The notes: generated by a model from the letters alone, not told the origin. A DNA stretch of 20,000 nucleotides from an uncultured virus (IMG/VR IMGVR_UViG_3300026081_000002) (IMGVR_UViG_3300026081_000002); one strand, 5' to 3'. Positions 1 through 9,130 are shown, counted from the stretch's first letter. Numbers and translations: made by a program.

Positions 1-3000
1 AAGATACAAAACTCTAGAATTATTGAAATTGCAAATGGTCAAACTCAATATAATAAAATAAATGACATTCTTGCACAAAGAACAAAAGAAGAATCTGGTA
101 ACTATATTATCAAACCGTTCTCAATATCATACGATTCCGCAGATGCTAATAACTTACAGCTTACTGTAAGCGAAGGCGCGGCGTATATTAATGGATATAG
201 AGCTAACAATCCAATACCTACGTTTATCACAGTTCCTAGAGCAACAGACACTGTATCTTTCAACAATCAAGCAATTGGTGTTGAGTATGGAAACTATGTA
301 GTAGCATCTTCTGTAAAAGGTGCAGCAGATATTAATAGCTTAACAAAAGTGAACATATCAACTTCCGCCACAAACAGTGGAGGAACAATAGGAACATGTA
401 GAGTAAGAAGTGTTGAGTATGTTGCTTCTTCTAGTGATTATAGAATTTATATTTTTGATGTTCAAATGAGTGGTTCAAATAAGTTTAGAGATGCTAGAAG
501 TATAGGAACAGGAACTACAAATCACGCAGTTCTTAAAACAAAAACTAATACTAACGGTGCAGTTGTCACAGAAATACTAGAAGCAAACAAAGAAGGTTTA
601 TTCTTTTCTCTTCCAAGTATCAGACCTAAAGAGATTGATGATATTACAGTAGTAGTTCAGAGAAAAATTACTGGCACTTCAACTTCATCTGGTCAACTTC
701 AGGTTAACTTATCAGCAGTAAATGAAAAATGGTCTAACACTACGAGCTGGCTAGTGTTCAGCGATTCAGACGGAAGTGTAGTTACACCTACAGGTACAAT
801 ATCAGGAACTGGTACAGATCAAGCTACAGTGGAGTGTGGATCGGCATTTGCCAATAAGTCTATCTCTATCATAGCTTATGTTTCAAAAACAAATGCAACA
901 GTAAAATCAAAATCAATCACCAATCGATCAATCACAAACGGACAACTTGTAAGTGATTCAGATGGATTTGGTAACAGCTTTAAGTTCTTAGACTTAGATG
1001 CAACCGACATAATTGAAGTTAATAGTGTAAAATTAAACAATGCTGCAACAACAGATGTGGCTCACTACTTTGACCTAGACAATGGTCAGAGAGATGCTTT
1101 TTATGATCAAGGAAGACTTATACTAAAATCGAATTTCACCGACCCAACAGCAGGAAGTGATAGATTAAACGTATCACTCAAGCACTACACTCACTCAACC
1201 ACTGGTGATTTCTTTTCCATCAACTCATATTCCTCAACCAACTATTCACAAATTCCAACTCATACAGCAGAAAATGGATTTGAAATCAATTTACGTGATG
1301 TTCTAGACTTCAGGCCAGTAAAGGATCAATCAGGAGAATTTACTGGTGCTGGAGGTAGACTCATTGGTCTTCCTAAAAATACTGATACTGTTACACTTGA
1401 TGCTACATATTATCAACCAAGAAATGACAAGATTGTAATAAGCGAAACAGCTAACTTAAAAGTTATAACAGGAACTTCTTCTCTTACTCCTAGGTTTCCA
1501 GATACTCCTGCAAACTCTCTTGAACTATACAGAACCAAAATGGGTGCGAATACATTAAGTGGTGCTGATGTAGTTTATGATATGGTAGAAGCCAAAGGTT
1601 ATACTATGAATGAGATTGGCAAGATTGAAAAGAGAGTTGAAAAATTAGAAGAACTTACAAACCTGAGTTTACTTGAACTTGACACTAATAAATTTTCCGT
1701 ATTAGATTCTAACGGCAATGAAAGAATTAAGTCTGGTTTTATTGTTGATAACTTCATTGATCACTTTTACTCTGCTGTAGATAATATACAGTTTGCTTCA
1801 TCAGTAGATCCTAAAGATCACACACTTCACCCATCTTTTGTTGAAAACAATATAGGTTTACTATATGACTCTTCATTAAGTTCTGGAATGTTAAGAAAAG
1901 GTGATAACGTATACTTAAACTATTCAGATTCGAATTACATTTCACAAATGGAAACATCTAGGACTTTAGATGTTAACTCATTTGATACATTTCAATTCAA
2001 CGGTAATATATCTTTATCCCCGGCTTCAGATGAATTCAGAGATATTGAAAAAACAGGTCAGAAATCTATTATCGGAGGACAAAAATTATCTTTTAAGCAG
2101 GACACTCTCTGGAAAAATTGGGAGTGGAACTGGTTAGGAACTGATGCAAATGGAAATGACATTGCTCAAGAAGAAGATATTTCAGAAAGATATGTCCAGC
2201 CAGACACAAGATCTTTTAGTGATAGAACTGGCGCGTACTTAACAAAAGGAATGGAAACTGTAGAAAGGACTGTTGTCAATAGAGTAGTTTCTTCAGAAAC
2301 AATTAGAAAGATTGTAGATGATAGAATAGTAGACATTGCTATTATTCCTTTTATGAGATCTAGAATTATTCACTTTGATGCAGTTGGACTCAGACCAAAC
2401 ACAAAGGTGTTTCCATACTTTGATGGTGTTGATGTTTCTGCATGGTGTAGAGAAGATAACGTTAAATATTACGGAGAAGGTTTGGATAGCGATTACTCAA
2501 ATCTTCAGAGTTATGCTACAACACATCCAGCAGGAAGTACAAATCTTATAACAGATGCCGAAGGTAAAGTATCTGGTACTTTCTTTATTCCTAACACATC
2601 AGCTTTATCATTTAGAACTGGAGTCAGAGAGTTTAAACTTCTTGATATTACTACATCAGCTGAAGCAAACGCTTCTACTAAAGCAGCTGCTCTCTATAAC
2701 GCAAGCGGTGTAATAGAAAAGAATCACAATGGAATAGTTTCAACAAGACACATTACTATAAACGGCAGCGACAAGAACATACTAGCAGATAGAGTAATTG
2801 GTTCCACTGACACTAGAGGAAGAATAGATCCTCTCGCTCAATCATTCTTTATTGAAAACGAGCAGGGAGTGTTTGTAAATTCTGTAGATTTATTTTTTAA
2901 AGATAAAGATCCTGACCTTCCGATCTGGATTCAGGTAGTTCCAATTGTCAATGGATCTCCATCAAGAGAAGTTATTGTACCGGGATCAGTTAAATATCTT

Positions 3001-4356
3001 TCATCTAGTTCGGTTAATCTTTCAACAACAGGAGTGACACAGACTAGATTTGAATTTAATGAACCTATTTATTTGAAGGGTTTTACTGAATACGCTTTAA
3101 CTATTCAGTCAGACAGTAAAAAATACAAGATATGGGCTGGAAAAACTGGAGATATAAAGATAGGATCTCAACAGGAGAGAGTTACTAAACAAACAACAGT
3201 CGGTCCTTTATACACTCCACAAAATTCATTCAAGTGGGAAGCTCAAAATGATATAGATCTTAAGTTTAAGATTAATAGATGTAAGTTTACTACTGGTAAT
3301 AACTACTACGCGACACTTAAATCCAGATCTATTCCTAAAAGACTCCTACCTGCAAACCCGTTCTCTGTAGCTAATGGTACAAATGTAGTTAACGTAACAC
3401 ATCCTAATCACGGAATGGTGAAAAACGATATGGTTCATATTTCAGGAGCTACAGCTTTTGCTGGAGTTACAATAGACGGAACATATAAAATTGCTACAGA
3501 TCCAGACGGAGATACTTATGCAATTGCTTCTGCAACAAACGCTACCGAAACGGCAATAGGTGGTGGGATAAACGTAGCTGCTGAAACAAACTATCAGTAT
3601 GATATAATAAATCCTTTTATTGAAGTTCTCCTTCCGGACGGATGTACTGCTACAGCTACAGCAAATCAAATATCAGGTAAATCTCTTGCTGGTGCAGAAA
3701 CACCTTATGTTGTTCAATCGAGTCCTGAGTTTAGAGATATTGTACTTAAACAAGATAACTATCTTCTAAGTCCTAATTTAATTCCTGGAGCCAGAAACTC
3801 TTCCGGAGTGAAGCGTAGTGAAAGAGCTAACATATTAATAACCACAGGATCTAGTAATGACTTCGTGTCTCCTGTGATTGATTTGCAAAGAGCATCACTG
3901 TTTCTTTTTGGTAATAGGATTGATAGACAGGTTTCTACTACTCCTACTGCAGGATTTAACAAACCTATAAATTACGTGTCAGAAACAGATAAGTCTTCAG
4001 GATCTCACTTATCGAAGCACGTTACTAAACCTATACCTCTTGTAGTTGATGCAGTAGGATTAAAAGTATTACTAAGTGCAAATAGACCTCCTGAATCAGA
4101 ATTTGAATTATACTATAAAACAGTATCTGAAGATCAGACTCTCGCAACAATGGCATGGAAACTTGCAGCAGTAGAGAATCCTGTCGCTGCAGATGAAAAT
4201 AGAGATGCATTCAGAGAGTATAGATATTTAATAGGTGGACAGAACGGAACTATGACACCGTTCACAGCATTTCAACTAAAGATCGTGTTTAGATCTTATA
4301 ATTCAAGCAAAGTTCCTGTCATTAAGGACTTACGCGCAATCGCATTAGGTGTTTAG
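1..4356 (+). CDS. Large T4-like virion structural protein (DUF4815/VrlC-like), 5'-truncated by the window
   Basis: Frame 1 is open from base 1 (KIQNSRIIEIANGQTQYNKINDILAQRTKEESGNYIIKPF...), so the track start at 349 is internal. Motifs I recall as typical of this family: LAQRTKEESGNY, LRDVLDFRP, YTMNEIGKIEKRVEKLE, RIKSGFIVDNF, DPLAQSFF, DLKFKINRC, VPVIKDLRAIAL-stop. Confidence 0.85.
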   Translation, partial: KIQNSRIIEIANGQTQYNKINDILAQRTKEESGNYIIKPFSISYDSADANNLQLTVSEGAAYINGYRANNPIPTFITVPRATDTVSFNNQAIGVEYGNYVVASSVKGAADINSLTKVNISTSATNSGGTIGTCRVRSVEYVASSSDYRIYIFDVQMSGSNKFRDARSIGTGTTNHAVLKTKTNTNGAVVTEILEANKEGLFFSLPSIRPKEIDDITVVVQRKITGTSTSSGQLQVNLSAVNEKWSNTTSWLVFSDSDGSVVTPTGTISGTGTDQATVECGSAFANKSISIIAYVSKTNATVKSKSITNRSITNGQLVSDSDGFGNSFKFLDLDATDIIEVNSVKLNNAATTDVAHYFDLDNGQRDAFYDQGRLILKSNFTDPTAGSDRLNVSLKHYTHSTTGDFFSINSYSSTNYSQIPTHTAENGFEINLRDVLDFRPVKDQSGEFTGAGGRLIGLPKNTDTVTLDATYYQPRNDKIVISETANLKVITGTSSLTPRFPDTPANSLELYRTKMGANTLSGADVVYDMVEAKGYTMNEIGKIEKRVEKLEELTNLSLLELDTNKFSVLDSNGNERIKSGFIVDNFIDHFYSAVDNIQFASSVDPKDHTLHPSFVENNIGLLYDSSLSSGMLRKGDNVYLNYSDSNYISQMETSRTLDVNSFDTFQFNGNISLSPASDEFRDIEKTGQKSIIGGQKLSFKQDTLWKNWEWNWLGTDANGNDIAQEEDISERYVQPDTRSFSDRTGAYLTKGMETVERTVVNRVVSSETIRKIVDDRIVDIAIIPFMRSRIIHFDAVGLRPNTKVFPYFDGVDVSAWCREDNVKYYGEGLDSDYSNLQSYATTHPAGSTNLITDAEGKVSGTFFIPNTSALSFRTGVREFKLLDITTSAEANASTKAAALYNASGVIEKNHNGIVSTRHITINGSDKNILADRVIGSTDTRGRIDPLAQSFFIENEQGVFVNSVDLFFKDKDPDLPIWIQVVPIVNGSPSREVIVPGSVKYLSSSSVNLSTTGVTQTRFEFNEPIYLKGFTEYALTIQSDSKKYKIWAGKTGDIKIGSQQERVTKQTTVGPLYTPQNSFKWEAQNDIDLKFKINRCKFTTGNNYYATLKSRSIPKRLLPANPFSVANGTNVVNVTHPNHGMVKNDMVHISGATAFAGVTIDGTYKIATDPDGDTYAIASATNATETAIGGGINVAAETNYQYDIINPFIEVLLPDGCTATATANQISGKSLAGAETPYVVQSSPEFRDIVLKQDNYLLSPNLIPGARNSSGVKRSERANILITTGSSNDFVSPVIDLQRASLFLFGNRIDRQVSTTPTAGFNKPINYVSETDKSSGSHLSKHVTKPIPLVVDAVGLKVLLSANRPPESEFELYYKTVSEDQTLATMAWKLAAVENPVAADENRDAFREYRYLIGGQNGTMTPFTAFQLKIVFRSYNSSKVPVIKDLRAIALGV

Positions 4357-4578
4357 ATGAAACTAGTTAGAATAAACGGACAGAAAGATTTGGCTAAAGA
4401 TGAAGAGACAGGTGCCGTCTTAAATACAGACGTTGAACAGGTTGAACAGGCCAGAGAAATAAAGGAAAAAAGAAAAGAAAAAGAAGACGAGTTTACACGA
4501 CTGCAGGAAGATGTGAGTGAACTCAAGATGATGATGAAACAACTATTAGAAAAAATGAGTAAGGAAGAAGATGGCTAG
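4357..4578 (+). CDS. Small conserved phage hypothetical protein with C-terminal coiled coil
   Basis: ATG directly follows the upstream TAG. The N-terminal DLAKDEETGAVLNTD and heptad-like LQEDVSELKMMMKQLLEK resemble the small gene that commonly follows the DUF4815 gene in marine T4-like phages. Confidence 0.75.
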   Translation: MKLVRINGQKDLAKDEETGAVLNTDVEQVEQAREIKEKRKEKEDEFTRLQEDVSELKMMMKQLLEKMSKEEDG

Positions 4579-4813
4579 AAAAACTTATGTTGATCTAAGC
4601 GATACCATTGAAGCTTGGCGAGTAAAAACAAATTTAATTTCTTCAAATGTAGGAGACTTAGACAGTTTAGCAACTGCTCTTCCTGACTCAGATCTCGTAC
4701 ACGCAATCAACTATGTTTACAACGAAAACATCAGAGATATTAAGTTTGATATTCTTAAGTCTGATGGATCACTTGTAAAAAGGGTATTCGGTTATACTGA
4801 CTCAGGAGTATAG
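4571..4813 (+). CDS. Small putative virion protein with fibritin/fiber-like N-terminal motif
   Basis: AAGGA upstream and 8-nt overlap with the previous gene. Contains SDTIEAWRVKTN and DLVHAIN motifs seen at N-termini of T4-like fiber/whisker-type proteins. Confidence 0.65.
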   Translation: MARKTYVDLSDTIEAWRVKTNLISSNVGDLDSLATALPDSDLVHAINYVYNENIRDIKFDILKSDGSLVKRVFGYTDSGV

Positions 4814-4816
4814 CAC

Positions 4817-5878
4817 ATGGCGTTTCGCAGGCCCTTAAAAATCCACTATCCTACAAAAGATTTGAAGGAGATGTCAGACTCTGACATTCTTAGCCTGCGT
4901 CATCGTGCAATTTATTGTTATGGTACAGACCCCTCAGTAAAACTTAATTATGTTAATGATTCTGGTAACTTAGGAACTATGATCGATCAAAGAAGTATTG
5001 CTGGTGCTGGACAAACAAGTTTAAATGACGCTTTAAGTAATAAAACATCATTGACTTCTATTAGCTGGTCAAAAATTAATTTGCAATTTGACTCTAGCTT
5101 TACAGGAGGAATTGTAGATTCCGGAAGTCAATTTCCAGTCTATTGGGATAGTGCCAATGACGCGATAAGAGCGATGACTGATTCAGATTTTTATGATACG
5201 ATTACGAGACCTGCGATTGATATATTAACAAACGGATCGTTAACTAATAAACAAGCTGGAATATTTCACTTCTCAACCGACAGTGCTTCTGATTCAGATT
5301 CAACGCTAGTAACTTCTAATCCTATTTTTATCGATACTGTTGCAGACGTGGAAGCTTATAGAGTAGGGAGTTTATATGAAACTATAGATCAGCCTAAGAC
5401 TTTAGAAAAGTATTACTTGCATAAGATGAATGCTGATTCTTCTATCTCACCTGGTAATCTTCTTCCTAAGTTATTAAAGATATATCAGAACACGGCTGAC
5501 TCAAATCATGTTGGTGTACAAGAATACGATAGTAGTGGAATGGATGACATTTTATGTAAATCTATAAATCACACTGCAAAAAATGATTCGCAGGGATACT
5601 GTTTAAGATATTTACTCGATTCAGATGGATCTGGATCTGGCTTACAAGTTGGTACTTCTATATTGGATAAAATATACGAAGGAGAAAGAATGAGGAAAGA
5701 CAACTCTGGTAAGTATCAAGTAGTACCAGCAGGAGATAGTCATAATCTGTACAGCGGATATGGGTACGGTTATGGATACGGATATGGATACGGGTACGGA
5801 TATGGTAGTCCAGATTCCGATAAAACTTTGACTATAAATAAAACATACTCACTAAAGGTTACAAAAGGAATATGCTAA
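4817..5878 (+). CDS. Putative virion protein, Asp-Ser-rich, with (GY)8 tract near the C-terminus
   Basis: AGGAG RBS upstream; 353 aa; S/T/D/G-rich; 16 DS dipeptides by manual count; SGYGYGYGYGYGYGYGYGS tract. Structural role inferred from composition and context. Confidence 0.65.
   Translation: MAFRRPLKIHYPTKDLKEMSDSDILSLRHRAIYCYGTDPSVKLNYVNDSGNLGTMIDQRSIAGAGQTSLNDALSNKTSLTSISWSKINLQFDSSFTGGIVDSGSQFPVYWDSANDAIRAMTDSDFYDTITRPAIDILTNGSLTNKQAGIFHFSTDSASDSDSTLVTSNPIFIDTVADVEAYRVGSLYETIDQPKTLEKYYLHKMNADSSISPGNLLPKLLKIYQNTADSNHVGVQEYDSSGMDDILCKSINHTAKNDSQGYCLRYLLDSDGSGSGLQVGTSILDKIYEGERMRKDNSGKYQVVPAGDSHNLYSGYGYGYGYGYGYGYGYGSPDSDKTLTINKTYSLKVTKGIC
5756..5806 (+). repeat. Coding hexanucleotide repeat encoding (Gly-Tyr)8-Gly
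   Basis: GGA TAT GGG TAC GGT TAT GGA TAC GGA TAT GGA TAC GGG TAC GGA TAT GGT, in frame with CDS 4817..5878. Confidence 0.95.
5833..5840 (+). promoter_or_regulatory. T4-type late promoter TATAAATA
   Basis: Exact match to the gp55-dependent late promoter consensus, 31 nt upstream of the ATG at 5872, inside the 3' end of the preceding CDS. Confidence 0.65.
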
Positions 5879-5985
5879 CAGAAGCTAAGTGTGAAAAATG
5901 TGGACATAAGTGCCATTGTGAAAAGGAATGTGAAGAGTGCGTAAATGACATATGTACTGGTTGCAGGTGCGAAAATTGTAAGTAA
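5872..5985 (+). CDS. Metallothionein-like Cys/His-rich miniprotein (37 aa), not in the ORF track
   Basis: MLTEAKCEKCGHKCHCEKECEECVNDICTGCRCENCK-stop: 10 Cys and 2 His in CxxC, CxC and CHC arrangements, no Phe/Tyr/Trp. Overlaps the upstream stop by 7 nt, follows a late promoter, has AAGG/AAGGA upstream, and fills an otherwise empty gap. Confidence 0.8.
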   Translation: MLTEAKCEKCGHKCHCEKECEECVNDICTGCRCENCK

Positions 5986-6004
5986 ATAAAGGATAAATTA
6001 TATT

Positions 6005-6445
6005 ATGGCTATATTTTCTGAGACGTTTATTGATGCGCATTTTATTGATGCTCGAAAATCTCATATATCGATATATTACAAAAATAAAAGAGGGCAGACA
6101 GTTAACTACTACATACCGTGTACGTGGGAGCACCCTGATTTTCAAGATTTACAGAAACTTATTTCTCTCGAAGATCTTGAGAAAAAATTAAATCAATCCA
6201 GAAAAAAAGCAAGAGAAGATAAAATTGAGAGACTTACGCAACCTCTTGATGACATCGATACTATTTTCGATTTTCTAGTAGAGAACGGAAATAACGTTAG
6301 GTACTTATTTCCTATGAAAGTAAAAGTACTGCAGTTAGATCAAGTAAAAAAATCAAAGTCAAAGTTAATAAAAAATAAAATTCAAAAAAGTAAAAACATT
6401 CTTGAACTTATGGGAATTGTTGGAAAGGTGATGAGTGGCAAATAA
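6005..6445 (+). CDS. Hypothetical protein with Lys-rich helical C-terminus
   Basis: AAGGA RBS at about 5989; 146 aa; overlaps the first GT gene by 11 nt; no recognised catalytic motif. Confidence 0.75.
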   Translation: MAIFSETFIDAHFIDARKSHISIYYKNKRGQTVNYYIPCTWEHPDFQDLQKLISLEDLEKKLNQSRKKAREDKIERLTQPLDDIDTIFDFLVENGNNVRYLFPMKVKVLQLDQVKKSKSKLIKNKIQKSKNILELMGIVGKVMSGK

Positions 6446-7190
6446 AATTGTATATATGAGATGGGGTGAACTGTACACTGAAGATCATGTTAGTAAACTA
6501 GAAGAACAGGTAAATAAGAACTGTTCTGTTGATTATGAGTTTTGTACTATGGAGTCCTGTCATAAAGGTTCAGCGTTTGATAGAATGCAGGAACTACAAG
6601 ATCGTTTTTATAGAGGAGGAATGAATCCGGAATCTTCTATTACAGAAAGAGAGGATTCAAACTTCGAGAGAGAAGATGCTGGAGGATTTGCTCACTTTCG
6701 CAAGTATCTCATGTTTATGAGAGACAAAGAAGAGTTTAAGGAAGGAGATGTTATACTGTACATCGATCTTGATACACTTGTAACTGGTGACTTAGCATAC
6801 TTTTTTGACTTGGATATGGAAAGGCCGTGGATAACAAGAAGTTGGCAGTTCCAAGAAGGATTCAAATGGAAAAGATTATATCACCTAAGAAGCTGTCCAT
6901 ACTTTAATAGTTCTGTCATGGTTTGGAAAGTTGGACAGAACATGACAATATTTAATGAGCTGACCAATCCGGATCATGATGAAGCAGTATTCTTTCAATA
7001 CGGAATAAACGACAACTGGTTATTTCATAGATTTGGCCCTAATGCTTATGATGAGACTAGAAGAAGCTGGTTCAATTTCTTTGAACCTGAAGTTGTAGTT
7101 TCAGATAAAAGATTTCTAACAAGTAAAACACTAATACATACTTTAGCTGGTATGACAATGATAGAAAAAAATAAATTATGCTTACAATAG
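6435..7190 (+). CDS. Putative GT-A fold glycosyltransferase (GT8-like)
   Basis: GTG start with AAGGTG upstream. N-terminal YMRWGELY..HV..L...V..N, DxD motif ILYIDLD, FNSSVMVW and INDNWL. Confidence 0.75.
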   Translation: MANKIVYMRWGELYTEDHVSKLEEQVNKNCSVDYEFCTMESCHKGSAFDRMQELQDRFYRGGMNPESSITEREDSNFEREDAGGFAHFRKYLMFMRDKEEFKEGDVILYIDLDTLVTGDLAYFFDLDMERPWITRSWQFQEGFKWKRLYHLRSCPYFNSSVMVWKVGQNMTIFNELTNPDHDEAVFFQYGINDNWLFHRFGPNAYDETRRSWFNFFEPEVVVSDKRFLTSKTLIHTLAGMTMIEKNKLCLQ

Positions 7191-7876
7191 ACAAGATTAA
7201 TATTAATAATGCTTTAGTAGATACTCTTTCTCAGATGGATAATAATTATCCACATAGAAAAGAAGATTTTTATAAAGCTCTACACCCATACGTTTTAGAT
7301 CAATGGATATGGGCTTCAGAAGAATTAATGAGACACTTTATATTTCCTGAGAAAATGGAATGTGAAAATGCTAACGTGTTTGCAGGTGGCTATTGTTTTT
7401 ATCCAGGACACTTCTGGAAAAAATGGGGACTGAAGAACGTGTTTCTGTATGACTTAGATCCTGAAATAAAACCTGTTAACTGGAGTTGTTTAGAGTATAT
7501 ACGAGATTATGTTAACATTGACCAAAAATCTCTAGATGTTTTGATAGATGATCAGTTTGTTTCAAGAGATAACATTGACATGGTTATTAATTTGTCATGT
7601 GAGAGTATGTACGATATGAAACACATTATAAAGAAAGGAACTTATCCTAAGAATACTATATTTGTATTTCAAGGAACTGACAAGATTCAAAGAGGAAACA
7701 TTAATGTTCATAAGACAATAGAAGAGTTTGAACAATCTACATCATTTGGAGAAGATGATATTTTATTCAGTGGTGAGAGAGATGTTAATTTTGGAAATTA
7801 TAAAGGAAGTGGCGCTCACAAAAGATTTATGGTGATTGCAAGGTATAACTATGAAAAACAGGATAATTTGCAGTAA
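7178..7876 (+). CDS. Putative class I SAM-dependent methyltransferase-like protein
   Basis: Rossmann-like pattern: NVFAGGYC (motif I-like), LYDLDP (acidic end of strand 2), DMVINLSCESM, IFVFQG, GNINVH, RFMVIA. Confidence 0.6.
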   Translation: MLTIDKININNALVDTLSQMDNNYPHRKEDFYKALHPYVLDQWIWASEELMRHFIFPEKMECENANVFAGGYCFYPGHFWKKWGLKNVFLYDLDPEIKPVNWSCLEYIRDYVNIDQKSLDVLIDDQFVSRDNIDMVINLSCESMYDMKHIIKKGTYPKNTIFVFQGTDKIQRGNINVHKTIEEFEQSTSFGEDDILFSGERDVNFGNYKGSGAHKRFMVIARYNYEKQDNLQ

Positions 7877-8501
7877 ATGGGGTGAGACGTTTGATGATAG
7901 TGATGTTAACACTTTACATCGTCAAGTAGAAGCTAACTGCTCAGTTCCATTTGATTTTATATGCTATGATAAGTTCAAGCATGATCTTTCTAGATTTGTG
8001 CCGCACAATAGAAAGGATCATCATGTAGATGATCAAGGTGGGTTGAGTCACTGGAGAAAATTAACTCTGTTCGATGATGTTCATTTTGGAGAAGATGATA
8101 AGATATTATATCTAGACTTAGACGTTGATGTTAAAAGTGACTTAGCATATTTTTTTGAGTTAGAGAACGATAATCCTTACATAATATGGAACCACTGGTG
8201 GGAAAGAAAACCTGAAGAGTGGTTAAGACAATATCATCAAGCAAGATGTCCATTGTATAATAGTTCTACATTGTTATGGAAGACTGGACAGAACAGGGCA
8301 ATATTAGCGTTCTTATTGGCACATGCTGAAGAGATATTCTTTACGTATAAAAGAATAGACACTTTTATGTTTCACTGCTTTGGTCCTCACAGTACAAGAG
8401 ATCACTTTAAATATTTTGATGAAGGTATCATAACTTCGCACAGGTTGGTTGGTGATTCGAATCCTGGGATCATTCACTCATATGAAGGAATACTACATTG
8501 A
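7851..8501 (+). CDS. Putative GT-A fold glycosyltransferase, paralog of 6435..7190
   Basis: Start better placed at ATG 7851 (AAGGT RBS). IICSKWG, HWRKL, ILYLDLD, DLAYFF, CPLYNSS, WKTGQN and FHCFGP all align with the first GT. Confidence 0.75.
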   Translation: MKNRIICSKWGETFDDSDVNTLHRQVEANCSVPFDFICYDKFKHDLSRFVPHNRKDHHVDDQGGLSHWRKLTLFDDVHFGEDDKILYLDLDVDVKSDLAYFFELENDNPYIIWNHWWERKPEEWLRQYHQARCPLYNSSTLLWKTGQNRAILAFLLAHAEEIFFTYKRIDTFMFHCFGPHSTRDHFKYFDEGIITSHRLVGDSNPGIIHSYEGILH

Positions 8502-9130
8502 ATTATTGGGAAGGGTTAGACGACATTGATAGAGAATGGGCTTCTCATCGTTGGCAAAATATTCTTTCGGAATACGGTGAGGCAAAGCCTTTCTTTATGC
8601 ATAATCTTAGAGAAGAATCTTCTGTAACAGAATATCTAATTCAAAAATATTGGATGGGCATCCATACAAAAGGAGAAAAAATAAACATACTAAATTCAGG
8701 ATTAAGTTTTTGGTCCGTTCCGTTTGCGGCAGAAAAAAATGCAGCTGCAATTCATACGTATGACATGTGTCCTCTTGCTGACAAATTATCTTGGATCGCA
8801 AATAAACAATACTCAGCAATTCATACACATCATAAAATTAATACAGTATTTGATACCGATCGTATAGAACTCGATGCTGGTGTTTGGATAAACACAAGCT
8901 GCGAACACACTTATCCTGTACATGATATTATTCCAAAAGGCGCGACTTGTGTTTTAAGTGGAAACAACTTAAAGAAAAGAGGTCATATTAACTTAATAAA
9001 TAGCCTTATGCAACTAAAAGTCCAAGCTAATCTTTCAAAGATAGAATCTCAAGAAGTGATGGTGTTCGATTATGAAGATGAATTAGGAAAAAGAGAATAC
9101 GAACAGTTTATTATTATAGGTAAAAAATGA
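8498..9130 (+). CDS. Putative class I SAM-dependent methyltransferase-like protein, paralog of 7178..7876
   Basis: TTG start overlapping the upstream TGA, GAAGGA RBS. INILNSG, TYDMCP, VWINTSCEHT, CVLSGNN, GHINLI, QFIIIGKK. Confidence 0.65.
   Translation: MNYWEGLDDIDREWASHRWQNILSEYGEAKPFFMHNLREESSVTEYLIQKYWMGIHTKGEKINILNSGLSFWSVPFAAEKNAAAIHTYDMCPLADKLSWIANKQYSAIHTHHKINTVFDTDRIELDAGVWINTSCEHTYPVHDIIPKGATCVLSGNNLKKRGHINLINSLMQLKVQANLSKIESQEVMVFDYEDELGKREYEQFIIIGKK

Noticed and set aside
349..351. Track start codon for the first CDS
   Set aside because: The frame is open to base 1 and includes the conserved LAQRTKEESGNY motif upstream, so the true start lies outside the window.
912..939. Short duplication encoding SITNRSITN
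   Set aside because: Two imperfect copies in Ser/Thr-rich coding sequence; unremarkable.
1..4356. DS enrichment in the DUF4815-like protein
   Set aside because: Only about 8 DS in about 1450 aa of a Ser-rich protein, near chance expectation, so it is not counted as a DS-rich substrate.
5885..6145. Minus-strand 86-aa ORF
   Set aside because: Antisense to the Cys-rich peptide and CDS 6005; no recognisable motif; all supported genes are on the plus strand.
7745..8100. 16-nt direct repeat tttggagaagatgata (7745 and 8085; FGEDD in both MT1 and GT2)
   Set aside because: Single short match in non-homologous proteins with no flanking similarity; not enough to call a recombination scar or diversity-generating retroelement repeat.
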